In this document: positions 21,106 through 30,012 of the stretch, in pieces
Position numbering within the stretch: the first letter of the stretch is position 1
Layout of the letters: every line of letters begins with the position of its first letter
Source of the DNA: Tubiluchus corallicola
Taxonomy: Eukaryota; Animalia; Priapulida
Reading direction: 5' to 3'
Assembly (NCBI GenBank): GCA_030141605.1
Contig: JAQGDQ010000347.1
Span: 131,959-195,958 of the forward strand
DNA length: 64,000 nucleotides
Translations under genes and position numbers: made by a program
Notes under the pieces: generated by a model
What the model saw: only the letters and a program-made list of their open reading frames with translations
What the model was told of the DNA's origin: nothing
Databases searched by the model: none

Positions 21106-22666
21106 TGTAAATCTTCAGCTTAATTCGGACAAATTGGTTTAAAAATTAAGAGAGACATTTCTTAAATTATAACCAATAAAAACGAGTAAGATTAAGGCAA
21201 AAAAACAGACTACCGAACAAAAGGTAAAAGAGATTAAGAGACACCCGAGGAAGAAGTAATCAGCTGAAGAAAAAATCAGGATTGTACTAGAGGGCATGCG
21301 TGGCGAATATAGCATTGCCGAGTTATGCCGAAAAGAAGGCATCAACGCGAACCTTTATTACAAGTGGAGTAAAGATTTTATGGAAGCTGGCAAAAAACGC
21401 CTTGCAGGTGACATTAAACGGGAAGCTACATCGGGCGAAGTAAACGGTTTAAAGAACGAGAACCACGACCTAAAGCAGTTTGTAGCAGAGCTGAGTTTGG
21501 AAGTACGCATGCTTAAAAAAAGCTTAACTGGAACCGTGTAACTTATAAATATATGAGACGAAGCGCCAGTGAAAAGATGGAAATTATCCGTATTGTTCAA
21601 GATTCGGTATTCGGAGTTAAGCGCACACTTGAAGAGCTTGACATCAGCCGAAGTACCTTTTACGAGTGGTACAAACGCTTCCTTGAGGGAGGATATGATG
21701 CACTCAAGCCCAAGCCGGTAAAACGCAAAAAGTTCTGGAACAAGATATCCAACAAAGAACGAGAACTGGTTTTAGACACCGCTTTGTAACGTACAGACTT
21801 ATCGCCTAGGGAACTAGCCCACCACATCACCGACCATCAAAAGTGGTTTATCAGCGAAACCAGCGTATATCGGATTCTCAAAGAGCAAGTGCTAATCACA
21901 TCTCCTGCGTGGCTTTTAATGGCTGCATCCGATGATTTTAAAGATAAGACCACGCGTGTGCACCAGCAATGGCAAACCGATTTCACCTACTTAAAAATCA
22001 TTGGATGGGGCTGGTATTATTTGGCTACCGTAATGGACGATTATTCAAGGTATATCGTCACCTGGGAGCTTTGCCAAAGCATTGAGTCGGCCGATGCCAA
22101 GCATGTTATTCAAAAGGCTTTACATACGGCCAAAATACCTGCAGGCGATTGTCCCAGGTTACTCTCCGATAATGGAGCGTGCTACATATCAAACGAGTTT
22201 CAAAGCTTTTTAAAAGATACCAAAATGGGACATGTACGTGGAGCCCCATACCACCCTCAAACACAAGGGAAAATTGAGCGTTACCACCGCACCATGAAAA
22301 ATCAGGTAAAGTTGGATAACTACTACTTTCCTGATGAACTAATGACGGTTCTACAGGAGTTTGTATATAATTACAACAACCACCGGTATCATGAATCACT
22401 CAAGAATGTTACACCTGCCGACGTGTATTTTGGAAGGCAAAAACAGGTACTGGGCAATCGTGAAAATATTAAAATAAAAACGCTAAATGAAAGAAGAAAA
22501 AGGAATCAGAAAATCGCAGTGTAGCACTTTTGATTTATTGAAAACTCTGCGAGTTTCCAACAAGTCAACAGGTGAATTATCATCACCATAAAAAAGAGAA
22601 TTTGAATTATAAAACTATCTCTTAACTTTAAGCATCAATTTGTCCAATAAGTTTTGAAGTTAAACA
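21106..22666 (+). mobile_element. IS3/IS481-type insertion sequence, copy 1 (inactivated)
   Basis: TGT…ACA termini with imperfect IRs (TGTAAATCTTCAGCTTAATTCGGACAAATTG / CAATTTGTCCAATAAGTTTTGAAGTTAAACA). OrfA HTH (SIAELCRKEGI), A7G motif, OrfB rve core (WQTDFTY, SDNG, QGKIERYHR). In-frame TAA stops. No target duplication. Confidence 0.92.
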
Positions 22667-22899
22667 AAGAACATCTGAAAATTATTTATAACCTTTCTGA
22701 TTTTAGCATTACAAGTTACGATGTTGAAGGTCTATTTTTTATTAACACTCCTACTTTTTACATGTACAATGGTACTTACAAAGCAATTACCATTAACAAA
22801 CTTGAAAATTTTCTTTTGGGTGAATATTCACTTCCTGTTCTAGAGTATCAAGATTGCTCTGGAAATGTAATTAATATACATCACCCATATTTTAAGTAA
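22667..22899 (+). pseudogene. C-terminal fragment of an AT-rich hypothetical (cargo) gene cut off by the IS
   Basis: Open frame from the IS right end to the stop at 22899. The predicted TTG start lies inside the IS IR. Confidence 0.55.
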
Positions 22900-22922
22900 T
22901 AACATTAAACTCCATAAACCAT

Positions 22923-22961
22923 AAAAAACTCCCGACCGAAGTAAATCAGTCGGGAGTTTTT
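22923..22961. terminator. Bidirectional terminator downstream of tRNA-Leu
   Basis: AAAAAACTCCCGAC…GTCGGGAGTTTTT. Confidence 0.85.
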
Positions 22962-22964
22962 GTG

Positions 22965-23047
22965 TGCCCAGGGCGGGACTCGAACCCGCACGTACGTAGT
23001 ACACGCGGCCCTCAACCGCGCCTGTCTACCAATTTCAGCACCCGGGC
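22965..23047 (-). tRNA. tRNA-Leu(GAG), intact
   Basis: GCCCGGG TG CTG AAATTGGTAGA CAG G CGCGG TTGAGGG CCGCG [variable arm] GCGGG TTCGAGT CCCGC CCTGGGC A folds into a class II cloverleaf. Confidence 0.95.
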
Positions 23048-23077
23048 TGGTGACAGTAAAATTATCTTTTTACAGAA

Positions 23078-23099
23078 TGTTTCCGAATTGTTTCCGAAT
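23078..23099. repeat. Tandem direct repeat TGTTTCCGAAT x2, candidate integrase arm-type sites
   Basis: TGTTTCCGAATTGTTTCCGAAT between the intact tRNA and the half-tRNA. The function is inferred. Confidence 0.55.
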
Positions 23100-23181
23100 A
23101 AATTCTGTATTTTTGTTTCAAGTTCTTTTAAAACCTATTATTAATCAGCTATTGCAGCTTTTTAACACTAAAGTTTAGCAA

Positions 23182-23224
23182 ATGCCCCTCAGCCATGCAC
23201 GTCTACCAGTTCCGCCATCCGGGC
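23182..23224 (-). pseudogene. 5' half of a second, different tRNA-Leu(GAG)
   Basis: Minus strand GCCCGGA TG GCG GAACTGGTAGA CGT G CATGG CTGAGGG GCAT, followed by non-tRNA sequence with no T-arm or 3' acceptor strand. Confidence 0.88.
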
Positions 23225-23250
23225 TTCCATTTTATAGGTTGTAGCGGTTG

Positions 23251-23258
23251 CAAATGTA
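23251..23258 (-). promoter_or_regulatory. Bacteroidetes -7 promoter element (TAnnTTTG) upstream of the half-tRNA
   Basis: Minus strand TACATTTG(C), 26 nt before the half-tRNA 5' end. Confidence 0.7.
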
Positions 23259-23434
23259 TATAAATTTCCAAAACTTGAGAGGTAAGTGAAGCTTATTTTC
23301 ACATAACTAATGCTATAGCTGGAAGAAAATAGCTGAGAGAGCTTGCTCTGATTTCTAGTTTATTTACTATTTTCAAACAGAGTATATTTTCAACGCCATA
23401 AACTGGAGTTTTATAATTTTTAAATAAAATACAG

Positions 23435-24760
23435 ATGAAAGAAAAACATGTTCATGGATTGTCAAGAAGGCAGTTTTTAGAGTCAGCAGCAGTAGGATTA
23501 GCGGGGATATCTATTATTCCGTCACTGGGTTCATGCTCCCAAAAACAGGATAAGGGTGACAGTATCAGGCTTGGCTTTATAGGGCTTGGCAGGCAGGCGA
23601 TGTTTCTGTTGAATGGGTTTATACAATTTCCTAATGTAAAAGTGGTTGCAGGATGCGATGTTTATGGTATCAAACGACAACGTTTTGAGAATGTCGTTAA
23701 GAGGTACAACAAAAACAATAATATAAAGTCCTCCGTTTTGGCATACGAGAAGTATCAGGATATGATAGAGAGCGATAATATTGACGCTGTTGTTATTGCC
23801 ACTCCAGACCACTTACATGCAATAATTGCAATCGCTGCATGTAAGGCGGGGAAAGATGTTTATCTTGAAAAGCCTTTAACCTTCACTATTAAAGAGGGAC
23901 AGGAGCTGAGGAGAGTCGTTCGAGAGACCAATCGTATTTTAGCCGTTGGGAGTCAACAACGCTCGGACTCCAATTTCCGCCACGCTGTAGAACTTGTTCA
24001 GTCTGGCACTCTTGGAAATATTGAGAGGGTTAATGCCTATGTAGGGAATCCTCCCGTTCCATATAAGCTACCTGAAGAGCCTGTTCCATCAGATCTTAAC
24101 TGGGATCTGTGGTTAGGTCCTTTGCCCGAATCCATTCATTACAATAAAGAGTTGAATCCTCCAATATCTCTTGACCCTGTCAAGAATGAAGGGTTTTGGG
24201 GTGGATGGCGCTGGTATAAAGAGATGGGTGGAGGCTTTACTACCGATTGGGGAGCACATATGTTTGACATAGCTCAGTGGGGACTAAATATGGATGGTAA
24301 TGGGCCAATTGAAATATCCCCTATTGGTGATGGTACTGAGTTTATCTCATTTAAATATGCTAATGGAGTTGTCATGACGTCAGAACCGTTTGATGAGAAG
24401 ATGTCTAAGGGTGTCATGTTTTTAGGGGATAAAGGCTGGATAGAAGTGTCGCGAGGCCATTTTGCCGCTTCCGACAACGCTTTTGTTCCTAAACAAAAAA
24501 ATACCAGAGATAAGTCCTTTAAAGCAAAGATCCCACACCAGGTAGATTTTATAGATGCAATATGTGAAAATAGAGATCCTATAGTCCCTGTTGAGATAGG
24601 ACACAACACTTGCGTAGTCTGCACACTGGGCAATATTGCCTGTGATCTTGGGCGCACAATCAAGTGGAACCCAGTTACAGAGACATTTGTTGATGATGTG
24701 ACCGGCGATGCAACTGCTCAACTTCATTACAAGTACCGTTCTGGATGGAGTTTACTGTAG
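23435..24760 (+). CDS. Tat-exported Gfo/Idh/MocA family oxidoreductase
   Basis: SRRQFL Tat motif; GFIGLGRQ, IATPDHLH, YLEKPL, GSQQRS, LNWDLWLGP, DWGAHMFD. Confidence 0.93.
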   Translation: MKEKHVHGLSRRQFLESAAVGLAGISIIPSLGSCSQKQDKGDSIRLGFIGLGRQAMFLLNGFIQFPNVKVVAGCDVYGIKRQRFENVVKRYNKNNNIKSSVLAYEKYQDMIESDNIDAVVIATPDHLHAIIAIAACKAGKDVYLEKPLTFTIKEGQELRRVVRETNRILAVGSQQRSDSNFRHAVELVQSGTLGNIERVNAYVGNPPVPYKLPEEPVPSDLNWDLWLGPLPESIHYNKELNPPISLDPVKNEGFWGGWRWYKEMGGGFTTDWGAHMFDIAQWGLNMDGNGPIEISPIGDGTEFISFKYANGVVMTSEPFDEKMSKGVMFLGDKGWIEVSRGHFAASDNAFVPKQKNTRDKSFKAKIPHQVDFIDAICENRDPIVPVEIGHNTCVVCTLGNIACDLGRTIKWNPVTETFVDDVTGDATAQLHYKYRSGWSLL

Positions 24761-24870
24761 AGGTAGTTTCGGTAAAACATACTTAACATCAGTTCGATAA
24801 GAGGTCTGTTATTTACCATAAAACAAAGGGCTATTCAGCTACACCTCTCACTATCAGGATACTAACATCA

Positions 24871-24901
24871 AGCCATTATATGCCCTGGGGCATAGTGGTT
24901 T
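24871..24901 (+). terminator. Hairpin after the oxidoreductase gene
   Basis: AAGCCATTATATGCCC-tg-GGGCATAGTGGTTT. Confidence 0.5.
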
Positions 24902-25031
24902 AGTGTTTTATGCTTTGGCTGGTTTTTTCGCTTAACTTGCCTGACAACTCTTTCATCAGTTATTGTAATTAATATGTACCATTTTATGTATATTAGCAAT
25001 CCTAATTGTTTTAAATAAATATTAAAGTCTA

Positions 25032-25841
25032 ATGAAAAATATATTTGTCAACATGGCCCTTATAGCCGGATTGTTATTATTAACAGTTGGTTGTGGCTCT
25101 GATAGCTATTCGTGGGAGCAGTTGTTTAATGGAAAAGATTTATCTGGGTGGGAGTATTTTGCAGGACCGGTAGAAGAGGGGGGAGAGCCACTAGGGTTAA
25201 ACAACGATCCTTTGAACCTTTTCTCAGTTGTTGAAATGGACGGGAAAAATGTAATCCGAATATCGGGAGAGATAAATGCATCCCTTGCAACTCTCAAAGA
25301 GTTTGGCAACTACCACCTTGTGGTTGAGTTCAAGTGGGGTGATAAAGTATTTGATAAGCGTAATTCTGGACTGCTATATCACAGTTATGGCCCATATGGA
25401 GAAGGGCTTGGTGTGTGGATGAGTTCACATGAGATGCAGATGTGGAGTGGAAATATTGGTGATTCATACCGCATGGGGAACTCCTATTGTGCAATTCCTG
25501 CTATAGAAACCGGTGGCGGAAAATATACTTATTCAAAAGGTGGCGACCTGCATGAATCTATCCCCGGAACAGATACACGAATTATTGCTAAAGATAGGGA
25601 CTATGAAAAGCCTGTCGGGGAGTGGAACACGATAGAACTATACTGTTTTGACAGAACATCTGCCCATATTGTAAACGGGCATGTCAATATGATTAACTAC
25701 AATTCAGGTAAATTGAGTAACGGTAACATCGAGCCTTTGACAAAAGGTAAAATACAGTTTCAGTCAGAAGGAGGGGAGCTGTTTATTAGGAGTATAAAGC
25801 TTCGTCCAATCAGTGAGATACCCAAAGATATATTAATGTAA
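25032..25841 (+). CDS. DUF1080 (3-keto-disaccharide hydrolase family) lipoprotein
   Basis: Lipobox TVGC; WEQLFNGKDLSGW, EFKWG, RNSGLLYH, GEWNTIE, GKIQFQSEG. Confidence 0.9.
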   Translation: MKNIFVNMALIAGLLLLTVGCGSDSYSWEQLFNGKDLSGWEYFAGPVEEGGEPLGLNNDPLNLFSVVEMDGKNVIRISGEINASLATLKEFGNYHLVVEFKWGDKVFDKRNSGLLYHSYGPYGEGLGVWMSSHEMQMWSGNIGDSYRMGNSYCAIPAIETGGGKYTYSKGGDLHESIPGTDTRIIAKDRDYEKPVGEWNTIELYCFDRTSAHIVNGHVNMINYNSGKLSNGNIEPLTKGKIQFQSEGGELFIRSIKLRPISEIPKDILM

Positions 25842-25863
25842 GTCAGCTTAGTTTTAGCACTAT

Positions 25864-26180
25864 CTATTTCCATTCAGGATAACTAAGTGCTAATTTGTTC
25901 GAATGCTCTTTTCAACTGACTCTCCTGTTGTGTAAGCATACTATCAGGCGCTGCCCTCTTCTCCTCTGGATCCAGAGGGAAAATTATAAAAGCGTCCATC
26001 CTGACACCATTTATAATCCTGATTTCGGATAAAACGGTTACGATGCTTATTTACTCTTTTACTCCATACTGTGTCGTAATGAGCCACCACATATTTTCTA
26101 GGTGTGTATGCTTTGCTGGATAATAAAGGCAACAGACTATGTACATCGGTTACAGAAGTATCATTTACGATATCAGCAAA
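25864..26180 (-). pseudogene. 3' fragment of a sulfatase paralogous to 46993..48345
   Basis: Aligns by eye with 46990-47301 (DIVNDTSVTD…LLPLL…YTPR…KHRNRFIRNQDYKW…YPEWK*), with frameshifts. The 5' part is absent. Confidence 0.9.
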
Positions 26181-26188
26181 ATGGCGAT

Positions 26189-27376
26189 TTATGCTTTACA
26201 TTGAATTTGTATAAGAGTCTGCAGAGCTATCATTAAGCCTCGCGGAACATGAAAACAGCCTTTCCATTTACCCCCTTTTAATGATAATAACACCTCTCCT
26301 TGCCGGTTTAAGTAGCCAAACCATTCGCCAAACTCAGGATCTGAGAAGCGATCGAAGGTGTATTCATGAACTTTTTCAAACCAACTCCAGCACTCCTGAT
26401 TTCCAGTGTGATAATATCCTTTAAGCAAAGCAACCAGTGTTTCAAGATGCACCCACCAAAGTTTTTGATCCCATTCTAGTTGCTGAGTTGGATGCCCTTT
26501 TAAATCCATAAAATAAAATATTCCACCATGCTCTTTATCCCAGCCATACTCCAATGTATCCAGCGTTATTTTAACGGCTTTTTCAATTAATTCTGGTCGT
26601 ATAAATTTTTCTCCTAAATCCATCATAAACCACATTGATTCAATGGTGTGCCCAGGGCTAAGTAGGCGTCCTTCGAAGCAATCTACAAAATATCCTTCGG
26701 GGCTAACATTTTCGAGAACTAGCCCCTTATCTTCGAAATAAAAGACATCCATCACTTCATGAATGACCTTATTTAATGTCTCCTTTATGAGAGTTTCTGG
26801 CAGCAACGACTCAATTTCCAAAGCAAGATTTGATAGAATCATAGGTAATGCGAAATTCTTCAGTGGACGTGTGCCTGTTACACTCTTATTGTATCTCCCC
26901 TTAGGATTATCTTGACGTTTCAGAATTGCATAAAAAGTATCTTTTGCTATTTGAGCATACTGTTCATCTCCAGTAGCTTTATATAGTTGGCCAAAAGCCA
27001 TAGTTGCAAAGCAATCAGAAAAAATATTGTAAGGCTGTACCAGTGGCTCCCCTTGTCTATTTAAGGCAAAAAACCATTTGCCATTTTTATCACTTCCATT
27101 TTTTTGAAGAAAACCTGCACCATGAAGAGCCATGTCCAACCAATCTTGGTTTGGCTCCACTGTGTTATATAGCTTGGCAAACTGCCAAACTTCTCGTGCT
27201 TGTAGCCATATAAACTTATCAGTATCATAAACCTGCCCATCACGCTCAAGACAAGTAAAATAGCCCCCGCATTCATAATCTATTGAATACTCCATCCAGA
27301 AGGGAACTACTCTATTAAACAGCTCTTCACTATACTTTTTAACGTAACTATCTATCTTACCTTTATAAGCTATCAT
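26189..27376 (-). CDS. nanE: N-acylglucosamine 2-epimerase (AGE family)
   Basis: GGYFTCL, DKFIWLQAR, PGHTIESMW, QKLWWVHLE, GGKWKGCFHVPR; sialic acid operon context. Confidence 0.92.
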   Translation of the reverse strand: MIAYKGKIDSYVKKYSEELFNRVVPFWMEYSIDYECGGYFTCLERDGQVYDTDKFIWLQAREVWQFAKLYNTVEPNQDWLDMALHGAGFLQKNGSDKNGKWFFALNRQGEPLVQPYNIFSDCFATMAFGQLYKATGDEQYAQIAKDTFYAILKRQDNPKGRYNKSVTGTRPLKNFALPMILSNLALEIESLLPETLIKETLNKVIHEVMDVFYFEDKGLVLENVSPEGYFVDCFEGRLLSPGHTIESMWFMMDLGEKFIRPELIEKAVKITLDTLEYGWDKEHGGIFYFMDLKGHPTQQLEWDQKLWWVHLETLVALLKGYYHTGNQECWSWFEKVHEYTFDRFSDPEFGEWFGYLNRQGEVLLSLKGGKWKGCFHVPRGLMIALQTLIQIQCKA

Positions 27377-30005
27377 CTGTATTACATTTATGACTATTAT
27401 ATGTTAGTTTATTTAAATCCTTCTTTTGAGCCCATAAAAAGCTGAGAATATAAGCCGAAGAAACACTAATAAAAATTCCCACCGCCCCATATAGTAAAAA
27501 TGACATTAAAGAGTGGCCTCTTAACCATATAAGAGTAATAAAACCTGTAGCAACTCCTATAAAAGCAGCTATACCTGATATTCGTTTAAAGAAAATACCC
27601 ATAATAAACAGCGCACCAAGCCCGCCTGTTAACAACCCTAAAAAAGTATTGAACTGATCCCACAAGGAAGCAATATCCCAAGTTGCCAACACCAACGCCA
27701 TCCCAATGCCTAAAATACCAACCAGTATCCCAGATAGTCGAGCTGCAAGCAAGCTGCTTTTATCGTTTGAATCTGGTCTTAAAACATCAAAGAAATCTGA
27801 AGTTACAACAGCAGAAACTGAATTGATATTAGAAGATAAGGTCGACATTACTGCAGCAAATACAGCAGCGATCAATAACCCTGCAAGTCCTGCTGGTAGT
27901 TCAGAAACAATAAAATGTGGAAATACAGCATCCAAATTAGGAATAGAAGCAGACAAAGCCTCTGGCTTGGATGTATAAAAAGCAAATAGTCCTGTTCCTA
28001 ACAAAAAGAAGATTACAGATACAGGTATACTAATAATACCATTCAACCAAATGCTTTTTGACGTAGCTCTCTCATCTTTAGTTGTCATATAACGCTGTAC
28101 AACTGACTGGTCACTAGTGTAGGCAATTAAGCTATTTGCAAATCCTCCAAGCAACACCACCCATAATACTGGCTTTGACCAATCCATACTAAAATCTAAA
28201 AGGAATAATTTTTGATTATCAAAAGAAACATCAACAAATCCTCCAATTCCCCCATCAACACCAAATATCATATATGCCAATGCTAAAAGTGCCCCAAGCA
28301 TCAGAATAATCCCTTGAATAACATCTCCCCACACAACAGCTTCAATACCCCCACTAGTACAGTATATAATAGTTACAAACCCCATAACGATAATGGACCA
28401 ATACACGCTAAAGCCTGTAACTGCATGCAATGCTAGAGATGGAAGAAATAGTATTATTGCAATACGTGTTACCATGAAGATTGTAAAAAATATTGAGGCC
28501 ATCCAACGTACACCTCTATTAAATCGTAGTTCAAGGTACTCATAGGCTGTCCCAATACTTAGTCTTCTAAAGAATGGCAAATAATATTTGATCACTATTG
28601 GAGCAACTAAGATTATTGTTAAATTAAAAACTAGCATGCGCCAATCTGTAGCATAAGACTTAGCTGGAATAGCAATAAATGTAATGGCACTCAAGGTAGT
28701 AGCGAAAATACTAATTCCCGCAGCCCACCACGGAATGCGCCCTCCTGCTTTAAAGAAATCCTGTTCGTCATTTTCACGTTTCATAAAATAGAAACCTAAG
28801 CAAAGCATTCCAACAAAATAAAGTGCTAAAACCACATAGTTAAGTATGCCAAACCCTTCCTGGCGACTAAAATCAAGTGTAATTACCTGGGGAGTCCGAA
28901 TTCCAGGACGAATTTCACCACTTGGTATGATAACTTTATTCTGAATCATAATAGCAGAAGTGACCGCTGGAGCATCTGCTTCTAGCTCCCCCGCACTATG
29001 CCAGCAATCAGTAATGGTATTATACAATAGCAACTCTTTATTAAACCCTGGATGATTTAACCATAAACTATCGCGCTCTTGCTGAGCAACAATACGCTCA
29101 CCACCAGTGCTAGTATTCATTTTATTAATTGCCTTCTCAACTTGATTATAAACAGAACCACCATCGCCTCCTATTACCAAAATATGAGAAGCACCTGTTT
29201 TTAAACTTGCAGCAGCAGCTAACTTAATACTACTACCAGCATCAACCTCTATATCACTTTGGCGAGACCAAGAGTTCTCCGATGGTTTATACTTCCATAC
29301 TGAACTAAAAAAAGTAGTTGTTGATGAACTCTTTTCCTTATGTCGCCCTCCGATAACAAATAGGCACTGTTCTGTCCCATCCGACTGACTAACAACCATA
29401 GCATGACTTAAATCATAAGGCAATTGACTTACAATGTTCCACCCTTTATCAATATTCCTTATATCTAGTTGAAGCACTCTACTATTATACCCACTAACAG
29501 ACAACCCTCCAACAACATAAACTTGTTTGCCAATAACTGCCATTCCATGAGCCATTAGAGGAAATGGCAAAGCAGGCATACTTGCTATTTCAGCCTGTTC
29601 ATCAGTATAACTTATTATGAATGTTTGGTCCGATAAACCTTCAGAACTGATCCCTCCGACGCACAACACACCTTCAGGTAAAGAAACCGATGCTCCTCCT
29701 GCTATAGGTTCAGGTATCCTCCAGTTTGTGTTGGTTTTCCACTCATCTTCACTAAATACTAATATCTGATTTGAGTATTTTTTTATCCCGTTTTCCCAAG
29801 GCTTCGCATCTGGAAAAGCAGAGCCACCTGCCATTATCATAATATTATTGTGAACACCTACAAATGAAGCAGCCCACCCATGGTGTGGCTTCACCTTTGA
29901 TAAAATAGGCAAATCGTTCAGCTTACCTTGCTGCACCTGTGAAAAAACAGGTGCAGCAATAAGTAGCAACGCAAGCAAAAATAAAATTTTAGCTTTATGC
30001 TTCAC
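27363..30005 (-). CDS. Fusion of a Kelch-repeat permuted sialic acid mutarotase (NanM-like) and a sodium:solute symporter (SiaT-like)
   Basis: Signal peptide; GGSAFPDAKPWENG, Kelch GG repeats, SGEIRPGIRTP (NanM Glu/Arg motif). From about 28860 the SSS domain: GGRIPWWAAGISIFATTLSAITF, DQSVVQRYMT, AAVMSTLSS. Confidence 0.9.
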   Translation of the reverse strand: MKHKAKILFLLALLLIAAPVFSQVQQGKLNDLPILSKVKPHHGWAASFVGVHNNIMIMAGGSAFPDAKPWENGIKKYSNQILVFSEDEWKTNTNWRIPEPIAGGASVSLPEGVLCVGGISSEGLSDQTFIISYTDEQAEIASMPALPFPLMAHGMAVIGKQVYVVGGLSVSGYNSRVLQLDIRNIDKGWNIVSQLPYDLSHAMVVSQSDGTEQCLFVIGGRHKEKSSSTTTFFSSVWKYKPSENSWSRQSDIEVDAGSSIKLAAAASLKTGASHILVIGGDGGSVYNQVEKAINKMNTSTGGERIVAQQERDSLWLNHPGFNKELLLYNTITDCWHSAGELEADAPAVTSAIMIQNKVIIPSGEIRPGIRTPQVITLDFSRQEGFGILNYVVLALYFVGMLCLGFYFMKRENDEQDFFKAGGRIPWWAAGISIFATTLSAITFIAIPAKSYATDWRMLVFNLTIILVAPIVIKYYLPFFRRLSIGTAYEYLELRFNRGVRWMASIFFTIFMVTRIAIILFLPSLALHAVTGFSVYWSIIVMGFVTIIYCTSGGIEAVVWGDVIQGIILMLGALLALAYMIFGVDGGIGGFVDVSFDNQKLFLLDFSMDWSKPVLWVVLLGGFANSLIAYTSDQSVVQRYMTTKDERATSKSIWLNGIISIPVSVIFFLLGTGLFAFYTSKPEALSASIPNLDAVFPHFIVSELPAGLAGLLIAAVFAAVMSTLSSNINSVSAVVTSDFFDVLRPDSNDKSSLLAARLSGILVGILGIGMALVLATWDIASLWDQFNTFLGLLTGGLGALFIMGIFFKRISGIAAFIGVATGFITLIWLRGHSLMSFLLYGAVGIFISVSSAYILSFLWAQKKDLNKLTYNSHKCNTDDSL

Positions 30006-30012
30006 CTCATTT

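Noticed and set aside
21255-21790. Shared in-frame TAA codons as stop-codon recoding
   Set aside because: TAA terminates many ordinary genes here, and the two sites would need different amino acids (probably Tyr and Glu).
22960-23178. Short + strand ORFs 22960..23178 and 22962..23144
   Set aside because: They are antisense to the tRNA gene and have no coding features.
25861-26185. Sulfatase 3' repeat as a DGR template/variable repeat pair
   Set aside because: Mismatches are not adenine-specific, include indels and many third-position changes, and there is no reverse transcriptase in the window.
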